Notes under the pieces: generated by a model | The model's input: the letters and a program-made list of their open reading frames with translations, nothing else | Databases searched by the model: none | Told to the model about the DNA's origin: nothing | In this document: in pieces, positions 19,628 through 28,860 of the stretch | Position numbering within the stretch: position 1 is the first letter of the stretch | How the letters are laid out: each line of letters begins with the position of its first letter | Program-made: the position numbers and the translations under genes | From: Candidatus Bathyarchaeia archaeon | GTDB taxonomy: Archaea; Thermoproteota; Bathyarchaeia; Bathyarchaeales; Bathycorpusculaceae | Assembly (NCBI GenBank): GCA_050010515.1 | Contig: JBEKKX010000006.1 | Coordinates: forward strand, 1 to 64,000 | Direction of reading: 5' to 3' | Length of the DNA stretch: 64,000 nucleotides

Positions 19628-20539
19628 CTAAGATTTTTGCGCCTTCTCATACAGCGCCTTACCAAAAAGCGCTGCACCAAATGCGCCAGCAACCATTGGG
19701 TCTAAACCGTTTTCCCTCCAATTAGGCATCGGCAAACACTTCACGCCCAAATCAACCTCTATTCTGCTCACGATTCCAATGTTTTTCGACTGCCCCCCAG
19801 TGATAACAAGTTCTTTTTCTAAACCTACCCTGTTGATCAAGTTAGCCATGCGCACTGCCATAGCCCGCGTGTAAGCAGCCAACACTTTTTCTTTAGACCA
19901 GCCCTTACGCAACAGTCCCATTGCTTCGGTTTTTGCAAAAGCCACGCACGTGCAGCTTACTGGCGGCGGCTCTTCATCAACCTTCAGTGAGATTGCACCG
20001 ATTTCTTCGATAGGAATCTTTAGCAAATCAGCGAAAACTTCCATGCCTCTGCCTGTTCCAGCCGCGCACTTATCATTCATCAAAAAAGAAACAACTCTGC
20101 CCGTCTCATCACAGCGGATGGCTTTGATGTCTTGTCCTCCAACATCCAGCACGGTTCGGACGCTTGGTCCCCAAATGTAATTTGCGCCTTTAGCGTGGCA
20201 AGCAATTTCCGTTATCGCTTTGTTTGCCATGGGCACGTTAACTCGCCCGTAACCTGTGCCAACAATGTATTTGAGGTCACCGACTTTTAGCCCAGTTCCC
20301 TCCAGTGTCCAGTCTAAAGCTTTTTTGGCGCTTTCAGGACTGTTAGAGCCAGTTCGTGTTATTCCCCAAGAGTACGCTTCACCATTAATCATTATGGCAG
20401 CTTTAGAACTGACTGAACCAACATCAACGCCTGCAGTGATTATGTCCCTGCTTGTCCACTTCTTGCCAGAGACCACGTGATGGTATTCACGCCAACGCCA
20501 AAACTCAAATTCCTCTCTAACACTGCTTGGCTCTTTCAT
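19628..20539 (-). CDS. ASKHA ATP-dependent activase, benzoyl-CoA reductase BzdQ-like subunit
   Basis: FWRW N-terminal extension, GVDVGSVSSK, TGYGR, EIACHAKG, DVGGQD, MNDKCAAGTG, CTC. Confidence 0.85.
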   Translation of the reverse strand: MKEPSSVREEFEFWRWREYHHVVSGKKWTSRDIITAGVDVGSVSSKAAIMINGEAYSWGITRTGSNSPESAKKALDWTLEGTGLKVGDLKYIVGTGYGRVNVPMANKAITEIACHAKGANYIWGPSVRTVLDVGGQDIKAIRCDETGRVVSFLMNDKCAAGTGRGMEVFADLLKIPIEEIGAISLKVDEEPPPVSCTCVAFAKTEAMGLLRKGWSKEKVLAAYTRAMAVRMANLINRVGLEKELVITGGQSKNIGIVSRIEVDLGVKCLPMPNWRENGLDPMVAGAFGAALFGKALYEKAQKS

Positions 20540-21321
20540 TTTTTACCCTCCTTAGCTCGGGTTGCCGCTGTAAGAGCTGCACCTAAAGCACCAGCATAAT
20601 CAGGAAAATCAGGAATCAACACATCAACCCCCAGCTTTCTCTTCAGTGACGCAACAAAACCAACGTCCTTAGCTACGCCGCCAATCAAAACCACATCGGG
20701 GTTTACGCCTAACCTTTGAACCATGGATGAAATTCGGTCAGCCATCGCATCAAAAACCGCCCGGGCAATTTCAGGTTTAGACTCCTGTCGGTGAATAAGC
20801 GAAACAACATCTGATTCGCCGAAGATAACGCAGGAAGCGTTTATGGGGCTTGCGCGTTCCGCCTTAAGTGAAAGCGGGCCCATCTCCTCCAATTTCACTT
20901 CTAACGCTCGCGCCATAGCCTCTATGAATGCTCCTGCACCAGCAGCACACCTTTCGTTAACGATAAAATCAACCATAAGTGCTTTCTCATCGCATTTAAC
21001 GGCTCTTGCCTCTTCAGCGCCGACATCAATTATCGTTCTGGCTTTTGGAAAAAGGTAAACTCCTGCTTTAGCGTCAGCGCCCATCATGCTTACAGTGCCT
21101 TTAGCGTAAGGCGCCATTTCCATAGCTGACCCCGTAGCAACAAAATAAACTACATCAGAAATCTTCAGGTCGGCGTCTTTTAATGCTTCGTTTACTGCTT
21201 CTTCAGCGGCTTTGGCAGGGTCGAACCCTGAGAAAGCTTGCCCCCTTGAAACAACAGCATCATCTTTTAGCACTACCGCTTTTACTTTTTGAGTGCCTAA
21301 ATCTATTCCGACAGTAATCAT
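20536..21321 (-). CDS. ASKHA ATP-dependent activase, BzdP/BcrD-like subunit
   Basis: GIDLGT, DVGAEEAR, NERCAAGAG, ASCVIFGES; 4-nt overlap with the next gene. Confidence 0.85.
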   Translation of the reverse strand: MITVGIDLGTQKVKAVVLKDDAVVSRGQAFSGFDPAKAAEEAVNEALKDADLKISDVVYFVATGSAMEMAPYAKGTVSMMGADAKAGVYLFPKARTIIDVGAEEARAVKCDEKALMVDFIVNERCAAGAGAFIEAMARALEVKLEEMGPLSLKAERASPINASCVIFGESDVVSLIHRQESKPEIARAVFDAMADRISSMVQRLGVNPDVVLIGGVAKDVGFVASLKRKLGVDVLIPDFPDYAGALGAALTAATRAKEGKK

Positions 21322-21331
21322 GAATTCACCC

Positions 21332-22675
21332 CTAAATATCCGCTCTTGCCGTTAACATCTCAAGGAACGCTTCAACACGCGTCTTCATTTGCCCAACGTC
21401 TTCCCTAGTGTACTCAGTGTCAAGATAGTACATGGGAATATTTATTTTGTCAAGAGCTTTCTTGATTCTGTTATATTCCATTGCGTAGAGCATGCAGCCT
21501 CGCACTACATAGTAAATAACGCCTTGAACGTTCCATTCCTTAACCTTGTTTAATAGCCAGTTGATCCTGTCTTCGTTTCCGTCGCTTGAAGTGAAGCAGG
21601 GGCAAGTGGAAGCCATAAGGTACCGTTCTCCAATAGCGTTAAGCATGTCATCCATGGTCCATTCATCTACGCCGACTGGGTCGTAGAGAATTTTCTCGCC
21701 TGAACAAAGCTCGTCTGCAACGATAATGCCTTTAGGATTAGCTTCCTCAACCAGAGTTGGCAGCTTCCAATTATCAGGCCAAAACATCGGTGTACCAGTT
21801 ACTAATACCCGCGGGGTCTCAGGAGAACAAACCCAATCTTTCCTCTGCGCTCTTTTTTCCAGTTCATCACATAAGACCTCAGTTTTCTCCGTCCACCGCA
21901 CTTTATCATCCCACAAGTATGCTTGATTAACCAGCATAGCGTCTCTGCCCATAATTACTGGTTGACCTTTACGCAAATCCTGTAAGCGGCGAAAAGCTTT
22001 TGTTGCCTTCTGTGTCTGCTCAATAGCCTCTTTCAAGCTTTTCCTTGTAATTTTGTTGCCCGTAAATTCCTCAATTTGCGCTTTCATGAGTTTTATTTCA
22101 TCATTCCAAAAACGAAGTGAATGAGCAGAATCTTTAACCCTTGGAATATTCATTCCCCAAACAGTCTTGTAATCACTTAAAATTTCGCTCAGTTTAGTCA
22201 TTCCGTCACATGTTAAAACACTAATCAAAGCATCGCTCAACTCAAGAAAAGGCGAAAGCCCAATCATTTCCGCGCCTATAGTTGAACGAATAACTGGGCA
22301 AACCTCCACTGGCACAACCCTGTCGCCAACTTTAGAAGCATCATACCAGCCTGAATTTACCCTGACTGGAATGGCATCAGCCGCTAAAATCAGCTCTGTC
22401 GGAGCAAACAAGCACATGTAACCAATAACTTTCTTTCCCTTCTCCTTCTCAGCCAGAATCTCAGTTGGACGTTTACCAAACAAGTTTGCGATTTCATCAA
22501 AATACTTCATGGCTTCAGGCCTGTTAGGGTCAGTTTTTTTCATGCGCTCAATATTCTCAGCCATAATTTTCTGAGACGCCGTTTTGATAGAGTTTCTAAG
22601 TTCCTCTATTTCTTTTGTAGAGATTTCAGGTGTGTACTTTTTTTCAGTTTTTTCGCTTTTCATTTTTTTCTTCAC
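21332..22675 (-). CDS. 2-hydroxyacyl-CoA dehydratase superfamily protein, double-cubane cluster (DCCP)-like reductase
   Basis: Cys motifs YMC, VCPVIRS, TCDG, DELCSG, TCPCF, RGCMLY; C-terminal TEY..EDVGQMKTRVEAFLEM. Confidence 0.82.
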   Translation of the reverse strand: MKKKMKSEKTEKKYTPEISTKEIEELRNSIKTASQKIMAENIERMKKTDPNRPEAMKYFDEIANLFGKRPTEILAEKEKGKKVIGYMCLFAPTELILAADAIPVRVNSGWYDASKVGDRVVPVEVCPVIRSTIGAEMIGLSPFLELSDALISVLTCDGMTKLSEILSDYKTVWGMNIPRVKDSAHSLRFWNDEIKLMKAQIEEFTGNKITRKSLKEAIEQTQKATKAFRRLQDLRKGQPVIMGRDAMLVNQAYLWDDKVRWTEKTEVLCDELEKRAQRKDWVCSPETPRVLVTGTPMFWPDNWKLPTLVEEANPKGIIVADELCSGEKILYDPVGVDEWTMDDMLNAIGERYLMASTCPCFTSSDGNEDRINWLLNKVKEWNVQGVIYYVVRGCMLYAMEYNRIKKALDKINIPMYYLDTEYTREDVGQMKTRVEAFLEMLTARADI

Positions 22676-23652
22676 TCACTTGTTGATGGTTCTAGCCAGT
22701 TTCTTGATTTGAATACTGTTTTATTTCCAAGCTTCACTTTTAAGGCATCTTCGTAGGGGCACATTTCGGCGCATCGCAAGCATAACATGCACATTGAAGT
22801 GTTTATTTTTCCTCCCTTCTGTTCATACACATCTGGTACTTGCAATTGGCATACCCTCTTGCAAACGCCGCACTTTGTGCATTTTTCCTCATCTTTTTCA
22901 ATATGAAGCAGAGGTGCCCACTTGAAACCCTTAAACCTATTCACAACTGCTAATGAGGCGCCGGTTGGGCAGAAGCGGCACCAAACTCTTCTTATATAGA
23001 AGGAGCCCACCAGCGTCAAACCGACAAAAGTAATAGCGATTATTTGACTTATATTTTGGCCAGCATAAGTGATGATGTCTTGAGCATAGGGGTAATTAAG
23101 GTTAATCTGATTAACAACTAATGGGCCCTTCCATGGAACAACTAGTGGAATCATGGGATCAAGCAGAACACTGTATATTCGGAAGGGACCAGCCAGTAGT
23201 TGCGCCATAACAACGGCAAAGTTGAAATTTGGAGGCGGTTGGATTCGCCATAAGACAGCGGGTAAAAACAAGAAAAACAACAGTATTACGTATCTTGATT
23301 GATGTAGGCTCTTGTTAAGTTTTTCAGGAATATTTCGGTAGCGAATGCTGAACGCTTTTCTTAGTGGAATCAATAGATCCATGAGTAAGCCGAATGGGCA
23401 AAGCCACCCGCAATACAGTCGACCTAAAACAATAGTCATTGCAAAAACAACAATTAGCACATAGAGAAGCGGAATAGAATAGGTGAACACATAAAATATG
23501 GCTGCAAAAGCGACCGCCTGAATGACTAGCCTAATGTAAGTTATTCTTGTCGCTAAGTTCTTCTTCCATATTAAAATGGTAAGTATCCCTGCTACCCCAA
23601 GTCCTGCAAGTACTGCAATTCTTAGTATGTCGCCTATGATTTCCCAGATCAT
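22672..23652 (-). CDS. NapH/MauN-like membrane-bound 4Fe-4S protein
   Basis: TM helices, GRLYCGWLCPFG, RRVWCRFCPTG and two CxxCxxCxxxC motifs. Confidence 0.88.
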   Translation of the reverse strand: MIWEIIGDILRIAVLAGLGVAGILTILIWKKNLATRITYIRLVIQAVAFAAIFYVFTYSIPLLYVLIVVFAMTIVLGRLYCGWLCPFGLLMDLLIPLRKAFSIRYRNIPEKLNKSLHQSRYVILLFFLFLPAVLWRIQPPPNFNFAVVMAQLLAGPFRIYSVLLDPMIPLVVPWKGPLVVNQINLNYPYAQDIITYAGQNISQIIAITFVGLTLVGSFYIRRVWCRFCPTGASLAVVNRFKGFKWAPLLHIEKDEEKCTKCGVCKRVCQLQVPDVYEQKGGKINTSMCMLCLRCAEMCPYEDALKVKLGNKTVFKSRNWLEPSTSE

Positions 23653-23706
23653 TTTTTTCCCATTTTAATTGGTATAGTTGAATTATGAGTTTATCAATGT
23701 GCTAAT

Positions 23707-24054
23707 TCAAGCACTATTAGTTTCCTGCACCTGCCATTGAAACTCACTTCTTAAATTCAAATTCGGGTGCCTTGTTAGGAAGTCAACCAGTATTCCTCTT
23801 ATAAGCAGTGCTGGCGAGAAAACGGTTTCCAAATCACTTAATAAACCGATTAAACCAACAATCCAGGCGTAACCTGCCAACGGTATCGAGTTAAAAATTA
23901 TAGTTACTGCACCGCCTTTGAGAGAAGCACCTACACATGCAAAGTGACTTGCGATGTAACGGAGATGTGAGGCAGTACAAACAACTAATCCATATAAAAG
24001 TCCACGAGTAAACGCTCCATGATACAGATTAGAGGCTTCAGGTATGAACGACAT
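23707..24054 (-). pseudogene. truncated DsbD_2/TauE-like membrane protein remnant
   Basis: GLLYGLVVCTASH..YIAS..IFNS..AGYAWIVGLIGL resembles the N-terminal half of DsbD_2-like proteins; second Cys absent; sequence loses TM character after about 75 aa. Confidence 0.4.
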
Positions 24055-24164
24055 GCGGAGGTCTCGATAAATTTTTAATAATCAAAATATGAAGAGAACC
24101 TTTTAAATCTTCCATATCTTTGCCGCCTCGTCAGTTTCTTTCAGTTTTGGCAAGAAAACTTGGG

Positions 24165-26429
24165 TCATGAAGGAGGAGGTATTACACGTGTATTGTACTC
24201 TTTCAGATATGCCAAGTGCGCTGAATCGTAGGGGTAGCTTTCAGCTGTCGTGTACGGAAATCCACTCATGCCCATGAAAGGCAACGGGTCAACGGTAAAG
24301 CTGAATCCATAGCCCCATCCTCCAGGCGGATCTTTAAACCAGCACGCTACAAAAAAGAAATAATCTCTTTCCATGCCCTTGGCTGGTGCCGTGAGATTGC
24401 TGACTGGAAAGTCCAGAGTAACTTGGTCGCCTTGTCGTCCGATTACATACATGTTGTCTGCATTTTGAACTAGCGCGGTTACATCGCCATATCGTGTGAA
24501 GTTTCCGGAAGACGTTGAGTTGGTATCCCACACTTGGCTTAGAGTTGCGATGGGGCTAATTTTTTGAACTGTTATTTTCTGTTGAGTAGTAAGGTCAACT
24601 CCAATGTAGTCGTAGGTTACATTCCACCAATTGACAATTCTAATCTGGTAATCGCTTAAGCCTGTGGGAAATAGGCCTGTTAAGTCCACCACGAAAGTTC
24701 TAGGGTTAGAATCTGAAGGTATTGGCATCTGCCTGTCCTGTGGGACAGGAATCCACGTACCGTTTGGATATTTAACTTCCATGTATGAGGGTGGAGTAAT
24801 TTGCGTGCCATTTGGTACAAGTCCTTGGGCAGCTGCCGCTTTAAAGCTGTTTACCCAATTGTCATAAGCGCCAGGTGATCCCCAATCAACCATTCCGTTG
24901 ATTACAAGTTTGATTTGTTTTGCAGAGGATAAGTTACCTAAGTCTAGCGTTAATTGGTTTAAGTAGATGTTGTTCCATGACGGACTAAGAGCCCCATTGT
25001 TGCCAGGCGTGAAGACACCGTCAAGCTTTGAAATTTGAGGTAATACATTTTCCTCTTTCGCGTTGGTGCCGCTTGGTCCCCAAACATAAGTTGCACTGAC
25101 TGGTGATATTACGCTGGTTTGGTTAACTGTGTAGATTTGATCGTTTAAGCCTTGGTTTAGGTAATTGGTTACACTTGAGTAAACGTCGGTACCTACTGGG
25201 TGGTCAACAACTAGCAGGTACGCTGCGTCCAAGTAGAAGATTTCATCCGCTTGTTGAAAAAGAGTCATGTCATAGTAATTGTTGCCATTAATGTTTTTTA
25301 TTGCTAGCAAGTTTTTGTCAAGTTTTACGTTGTCCCATGGATTTCCTCCGATATACACGATGTTGCCGTTACTAGTCATGTAGCCCATGTATCCTAACCA
25401 GCCAGCGTTTGAAACGTCAGTAACATAAGAGTAGCCTGTTCCATTCCACGTGTACAGCGACGGGCAAGATGCATATCCGCTGATTAAGGTGTAGGTTGCA
25501 ACTAATATTAGCCAGTCATTTAACGTGAAAGTAATTGTTGCGCTAGTTGATCCGTCGCTCCAATAGGAAAATGCTAAAACTCCAGTCCCAACACTAAAGG
25601 GGGTTGGGCAAGATACGGTGTATTGTCCTACTGGCAGAAGCGCAATATATGGCGTATCATGGGTTACTCCGTTGAGTGTAAAAGGCAAGGGTGTGGAACC
25701 ACCGCCGGATCTGGCAATTTCAAGCGTGTGGTAGCCAGTCTGTACTATTGTGAATTCTCCGCCTAAAGTGTTCAGTTTGACGGTGTGCGTTCCTATTGTT
25801 GTTGCGTTAACCGTGAATTCCACAGTTTGGGTTGTACTTGCGTTCACTTGAATAACTCTTGCTTCTACCAAGGCACCATCAACTGTTACAATAACATAAA
25901 GGCTATCCGATTGAGTGGTTGGGTTTTTTGCAGTGGCGGTCACGTTAACTGGTTGATTTGGCCAAGCTTCATATGGATCAAAAACGAGGTTGTATAAAAT
26001 TATTTTGCTTGATCCCGGAGGAGCAGGGTTAATTACGAACATTCCTGTCAAATCGCCGACTTGAACGGTATAATTGCCAGGTGTAGTTTCGATATCGGTG
26101 AACTGGACAAGTTGAGACGCACCGCCCTCGAGCGTTACGTTTTCGGTGTCTTTTATTGCATTGTTGATTTCAAGGTTTAGCGTTTGGTTGCCTTCTAAAG
26201 CGCCGACGTTTGTTACGTTAACTGAGATTTCTACGGCATCTGTCACGTTTGTTTCAGGTGGATTGATGGTTAGGTTTGTTAGGGTAAACTTAGCGGGCTT
26301 AGGCGTCGCTGCTATCACGCCTTGATTTTGAAGATAAAGGTAGGCTCCTGCAGCCGAGCCTATAATGATAAGGTCAATAATCAGTATCGCTTTCAATTTA
26401 ACTATGGCTGAATGAGATAGCATTCTCAT
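24165..26429 (-). CDS. membrane-anchored extracellular protein with two CARDB-like Ig domains and a large C-terminal domain
   Basis: N-terminal TM; repeated ISVNVTNVG / VTATAKN Ig-like strands; SCPSLYTWNG...PLPFMGMSGFPY..YNTR domain. Confidence 0.8.
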   Translation of the reverse strand: MRMLSHSAIVKLKAILIIDLIIIGSAAGAYLYLQNQGVIAATPKPAKFTLTNLTINPPETNVTDAVEISVNVTNVGALEGNQTLNLEINNAIKDTENVTLEGGASQLVQFTDIETTPGNYTVQVGDLTGMFVINPAPPGSSKIILYNLVFDPYEAWPNQPVNVTATAKNPTTQSDSLYVIVTVDGALVEARVIQVNASTTQTVEFTVNATTIGTHTVKLNTLGGEFTIVQTGYHTLEIARSGGGSTPLPFTLNGVTHDTPYIALLPVGQYTVSCPTPFSVGTGVLAFSYWSDGSTSATITFTLNDWLILVATYTLISGYASCPSLYTWNGTGYSYVTDVSNAGWLGYMGYMTSNGNIVYIGGNPWDNVKLDKNLLAIKNINGNNYYDMTLFQQADEIFYLDAAYLLVVDHPVGTDVYSSVTNYLNQGLNDQIYTVNQTSVISPVSATYVWGPSGTNAKEENVLPQISKLDGVFTPGNNGALSPSWNNIYLNQLTLDLGNLSSAKQIKLVINGMVDWGSPGAYDNWVNSFKAAAAQGLVPNGTQITPPSYMEVKYPNGTWIPVPQDRQMPIPSDSNPRTFVVDLTGLFPTGLSDYQIRIVNWWNVTYDYIGVDLTTQQKITVQKISPIATLSQVWDTNSTSSGNFTRYGDVTALVQNADNMYVIGRQGDQVTLDFPVSNLTAPAKGMERDYFFFVACWFKDPPGGWGYGFSFTVDPLPFMGMSGFPYTTAESYPYDSAHLAYLKEYNTRVIPPPS

Positions 26430-26522
26430 GGCACTCTTACACGTTAATGCAAGTTAGTATGTGATTATAACCATTAAAGTGTTTTTGTTTCTGAAAAATA
26501 ACTGATTTTCTTTTTGCTGTTG

Positions 26523-26542
26523 TTGTGATTTTGCAATCACAA
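26523..26542. promoter_or_regulatory. palindrome TTGTGATT-N4-AATCACAA, operator candidate
   Basis: Perfect 8-bp arms about 95 bp upstream of the 754-aa gene. Confidence 0.45.
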
Positions 26543-26596
26543 AGTTATGTTGGGAATAAAGAATCTTTTTTTAGTTTATTAAGCGATTGTTAAAAT

Positions 26597-27967
26597 TTAT
26601 GGGCATTCTGGTTCAATATGAACTGTGACAACCGCGTTTGCAAAGCGCTCTTTTGTTTCTTTCTCAACCTGTGAGGCAATCCTGTGGGCTTCTTTTATAT
26701 GAATCTGTTTGGTGAAGCAGCAGTCAATGTTAATGTAACGTTTACCCTCAGCAGCGTAAGTTACTATTCGCTTTATTTGCAGGTTACCACCGATGCCTTT
26801 GGCAACTTCGTAAATGACTTTGCTAAGCTGTGTTTCGTTCACCTCGGCGGCAGGAACCGCAATACCAGAAGGCTCTATATGTACAGTAACGTTTTCAAGC
26901 GGATTAATTTCAGCTTTCATTCTTCGTTCGATAGTTTCAGCTATTTTATGTGCTTCTTCAACTGACAGCTCAGGATCCACGTAGGCGTGCAAGGTAATGT
27001 AGAATTTACCGCCAGTGTAAATAGTGGAGATTTCATGCACCTCTTTTACGCCCTCCACAGTTGCTAGTTTTTCTACTAGCTGGTCCATTTTTGTTTCTTT
27101 TTCTGATGGTTCAATATGGATGGTGGCGTCTACATTGCCAAGAGCTTGCTTCAAGTCAACTTCAATGTTAGATACTAAAGAATGCGCCTCTTCCAACGGC
27201 ATATGGCTTGGAACTTGTACGGATGCATCAATGAAAATTTTAGAGCTTACTTTGCGAACTTTCAGGTTTTCAATTTTCACGATGCCCTCATGTGAAAGAA
27301 TCACTTTTCTTGTTTTCTGCACAAGCTCCTTTGATGCCGTATCGCTTAGTTCCATCACACTGGATCGCACGAGCTTAACGCTCAAATAACTAAGCATAAC
27401 TCCGAGGAGAATTGATGCCAACGCATCTCCATAATAAAAGCCTAAAGTAGCTAAGCCAAACCCCAGCAGAGCCAGCAAAGTTGAGCTTAAATCTGAAACA
27501 GCGTCGTAAAAACCGACTTTCATAGAGGGACTTTGTATATGCTCGGTTTTCTTGAAAACCGTAACTCTTAAAGAAGCAATAAAAAGAGCGTAGCCTATCG
27601 CAATGAAACCCGCAAACTCTACTCCTTTAACAATCTGCGTGTTCTCTATCAATCTTATTGCGGCTTCGTAAAAAATTAAGAATGCAACTGCAATTAAGAC
27701 TACTCCACCAATGAGTCCACCTATGGTTTCAAACTTCTCATGTCCGTAAGTGTGTTCCTCGTCAGGAGGCTTAATTGAAGCGCGAACTGCAAAAAACAAC
27801 ATTATAGTTGACACAACATCAAGCAATGCATGTAAACCGTCGCTCTGTATAGCTAAACTTTTAACAATCCAGCCTATCGAAAGCTCAACTATTACAACGC
27901 TAAAGATTGCAATAGCTGAAATCTTCAATGCTTTAAGTTTGTATTTTCCTTCGCCAGAGCCTTGCAT
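26597..27967 (-). CDS. cation diffusion facilitator transporter with three C-terminal dimerisation domains
   Basis: SDGLHALLD, PPDEEHTYGHEKFE; HIEP motif occurs three times. Confidence 0.9.
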   Translation of the reverse strand: MQGSGEGKYKLKALKISAIAIFSVVIVELSIGWIVKSLAIQSDGLHALLDVVSTIMLFFAVRASIKPPDEEHTYGHEKFETIGGLIGGVVLIAVAFLIFYEAAIRLIENTQIVKGVEFAGFIAIGYALFIASLRVTVFKKTEHIQSPSMKVGFYDAVSDLSSTLLALLGFGLATLGFYYGDALASILLGVMLSYLSVKLVRSSVMELSDTASKELVQKTRKVILSHEGIVKIENLKVRKVSSKIFIDASVQVPSHMPLEEAHSLVSNIEVDLKQALGNVDATIHIEPSEKETKMDQLVEKLATVEGVKEVHEISTIYTGGKFYITLHAYVDPELSVEEAHKIAETIERRMKAEINPLENVTVHIEPSGIAVPAAEVNETQLSKVIYEVAKGIGGNLQIKRIVTYAAEGKRYINIDCCFTKQIHIKEAHRIASQVEKETKERFANAVVTVHIEPECP

Positions 27968-28158
27968 TTTATTAATCTAAATATGCTCATAACAAGGGCG
28001 ATTTAAGAATTGCGGGAGAAAATAAACCAACCAATTTTGAATCCAAACGCTCTTTACGCCGCTCTTAATTTATATCCCAACCCCAAACTATTTCTCCCGC
28101 CTAATTTCCCTTTTTCTTTTTTTATTGCCTCAACCTCTTAGACCTAATGACTTAAGAT

Positions 28159-28611
28159 TTTGAACCCCGACTAAAGTGGAGATGCAGCCGCTTTTTCCCT
28201 GATTGTTGACGGGAATTAAGCAAAACCCTTAACTTTTTCCATTGAAGAGATAATCCTTGCGAGAAGTTGAATGATGAGCTTTCTACGGACGTCGAGTAGT
28301 GGGATTTCGAAATTGTCTCTTTTTGTTTTAATGCTTGTGTTCTATTCGAAATCTAGGTTTCTAACCATGACGTTTCTGTCTTTGTATGGTTTAATTCATG
28401 GTGTTGCATGTGTGCCTGGAAGCAGGGTAAGCGCGGTTAAAAGTCTACTCCGTTATGGCGTTGATGTGCTTCAACATGGGTTGGGCTCGTCAATTCCAGC
28501 CGACTTTTGAGATTCCTCTCCATGTGAGCCACGTAGTTTCACCATAAAGCCCCTATTAATTTCATTATTTTTTATTGGAGGAGGATTTGAACCCCGACCA
28601 AGGTGGAGATG
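28159..28611. repeat. 26-bp direct repeat pair (28159-28184 and 28586-28611)
   Basis: TTTGAACCCCGAC(T/C)AA(A/G)GTGGAGATG, 24/26 identical. Confidence 0.7.
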
Positions 28612-28860
28612 TCACCCGCGATTCCCCTTTTTTTATGGATGATTCGCGATACTGAAATCGTTAGGTTTAGAAAGAAATGATGTTAGGCATAGATGTTCTG
28701 CTGTTTGTTTGGGAACCAGCATCCTCAGATATGTTATTCCGTAAATGGCTCTTTCTTTTTTAAAGAAAAAATATTTTGGTCAAATGTATCTAAAAGTTAA
28801 AAGCCTAAAATCGATAGGCATTTAGGTTTGAAAATAAGTATTAATGGAAACGGTTGATGC

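Noticed and set aside
19621-19692. N-terminal extension of the ferredoxin ORF
   Set aside because: Overlaps the BzdQ-like gene; GTG 19620 has an SD motif.
19628-22675. Canonical four-subunit benzoyl-CoA reductase call
   Set aside because: Only one catalytic-type subunit is present and it has DCCP-like Cys motifs; no aromatic pathway genes are nearby.
28159-28611. CRISPR array
   Set aside because: Only two copies, about 400 bp apart, and no cas genes.
28570-28630. tRNA gene suggested by GGTTCAAATCC on the minus strand
   Set aside because: No D-arm, anticodon arm or proper acceptor stem could be built; kept only as a repeat.
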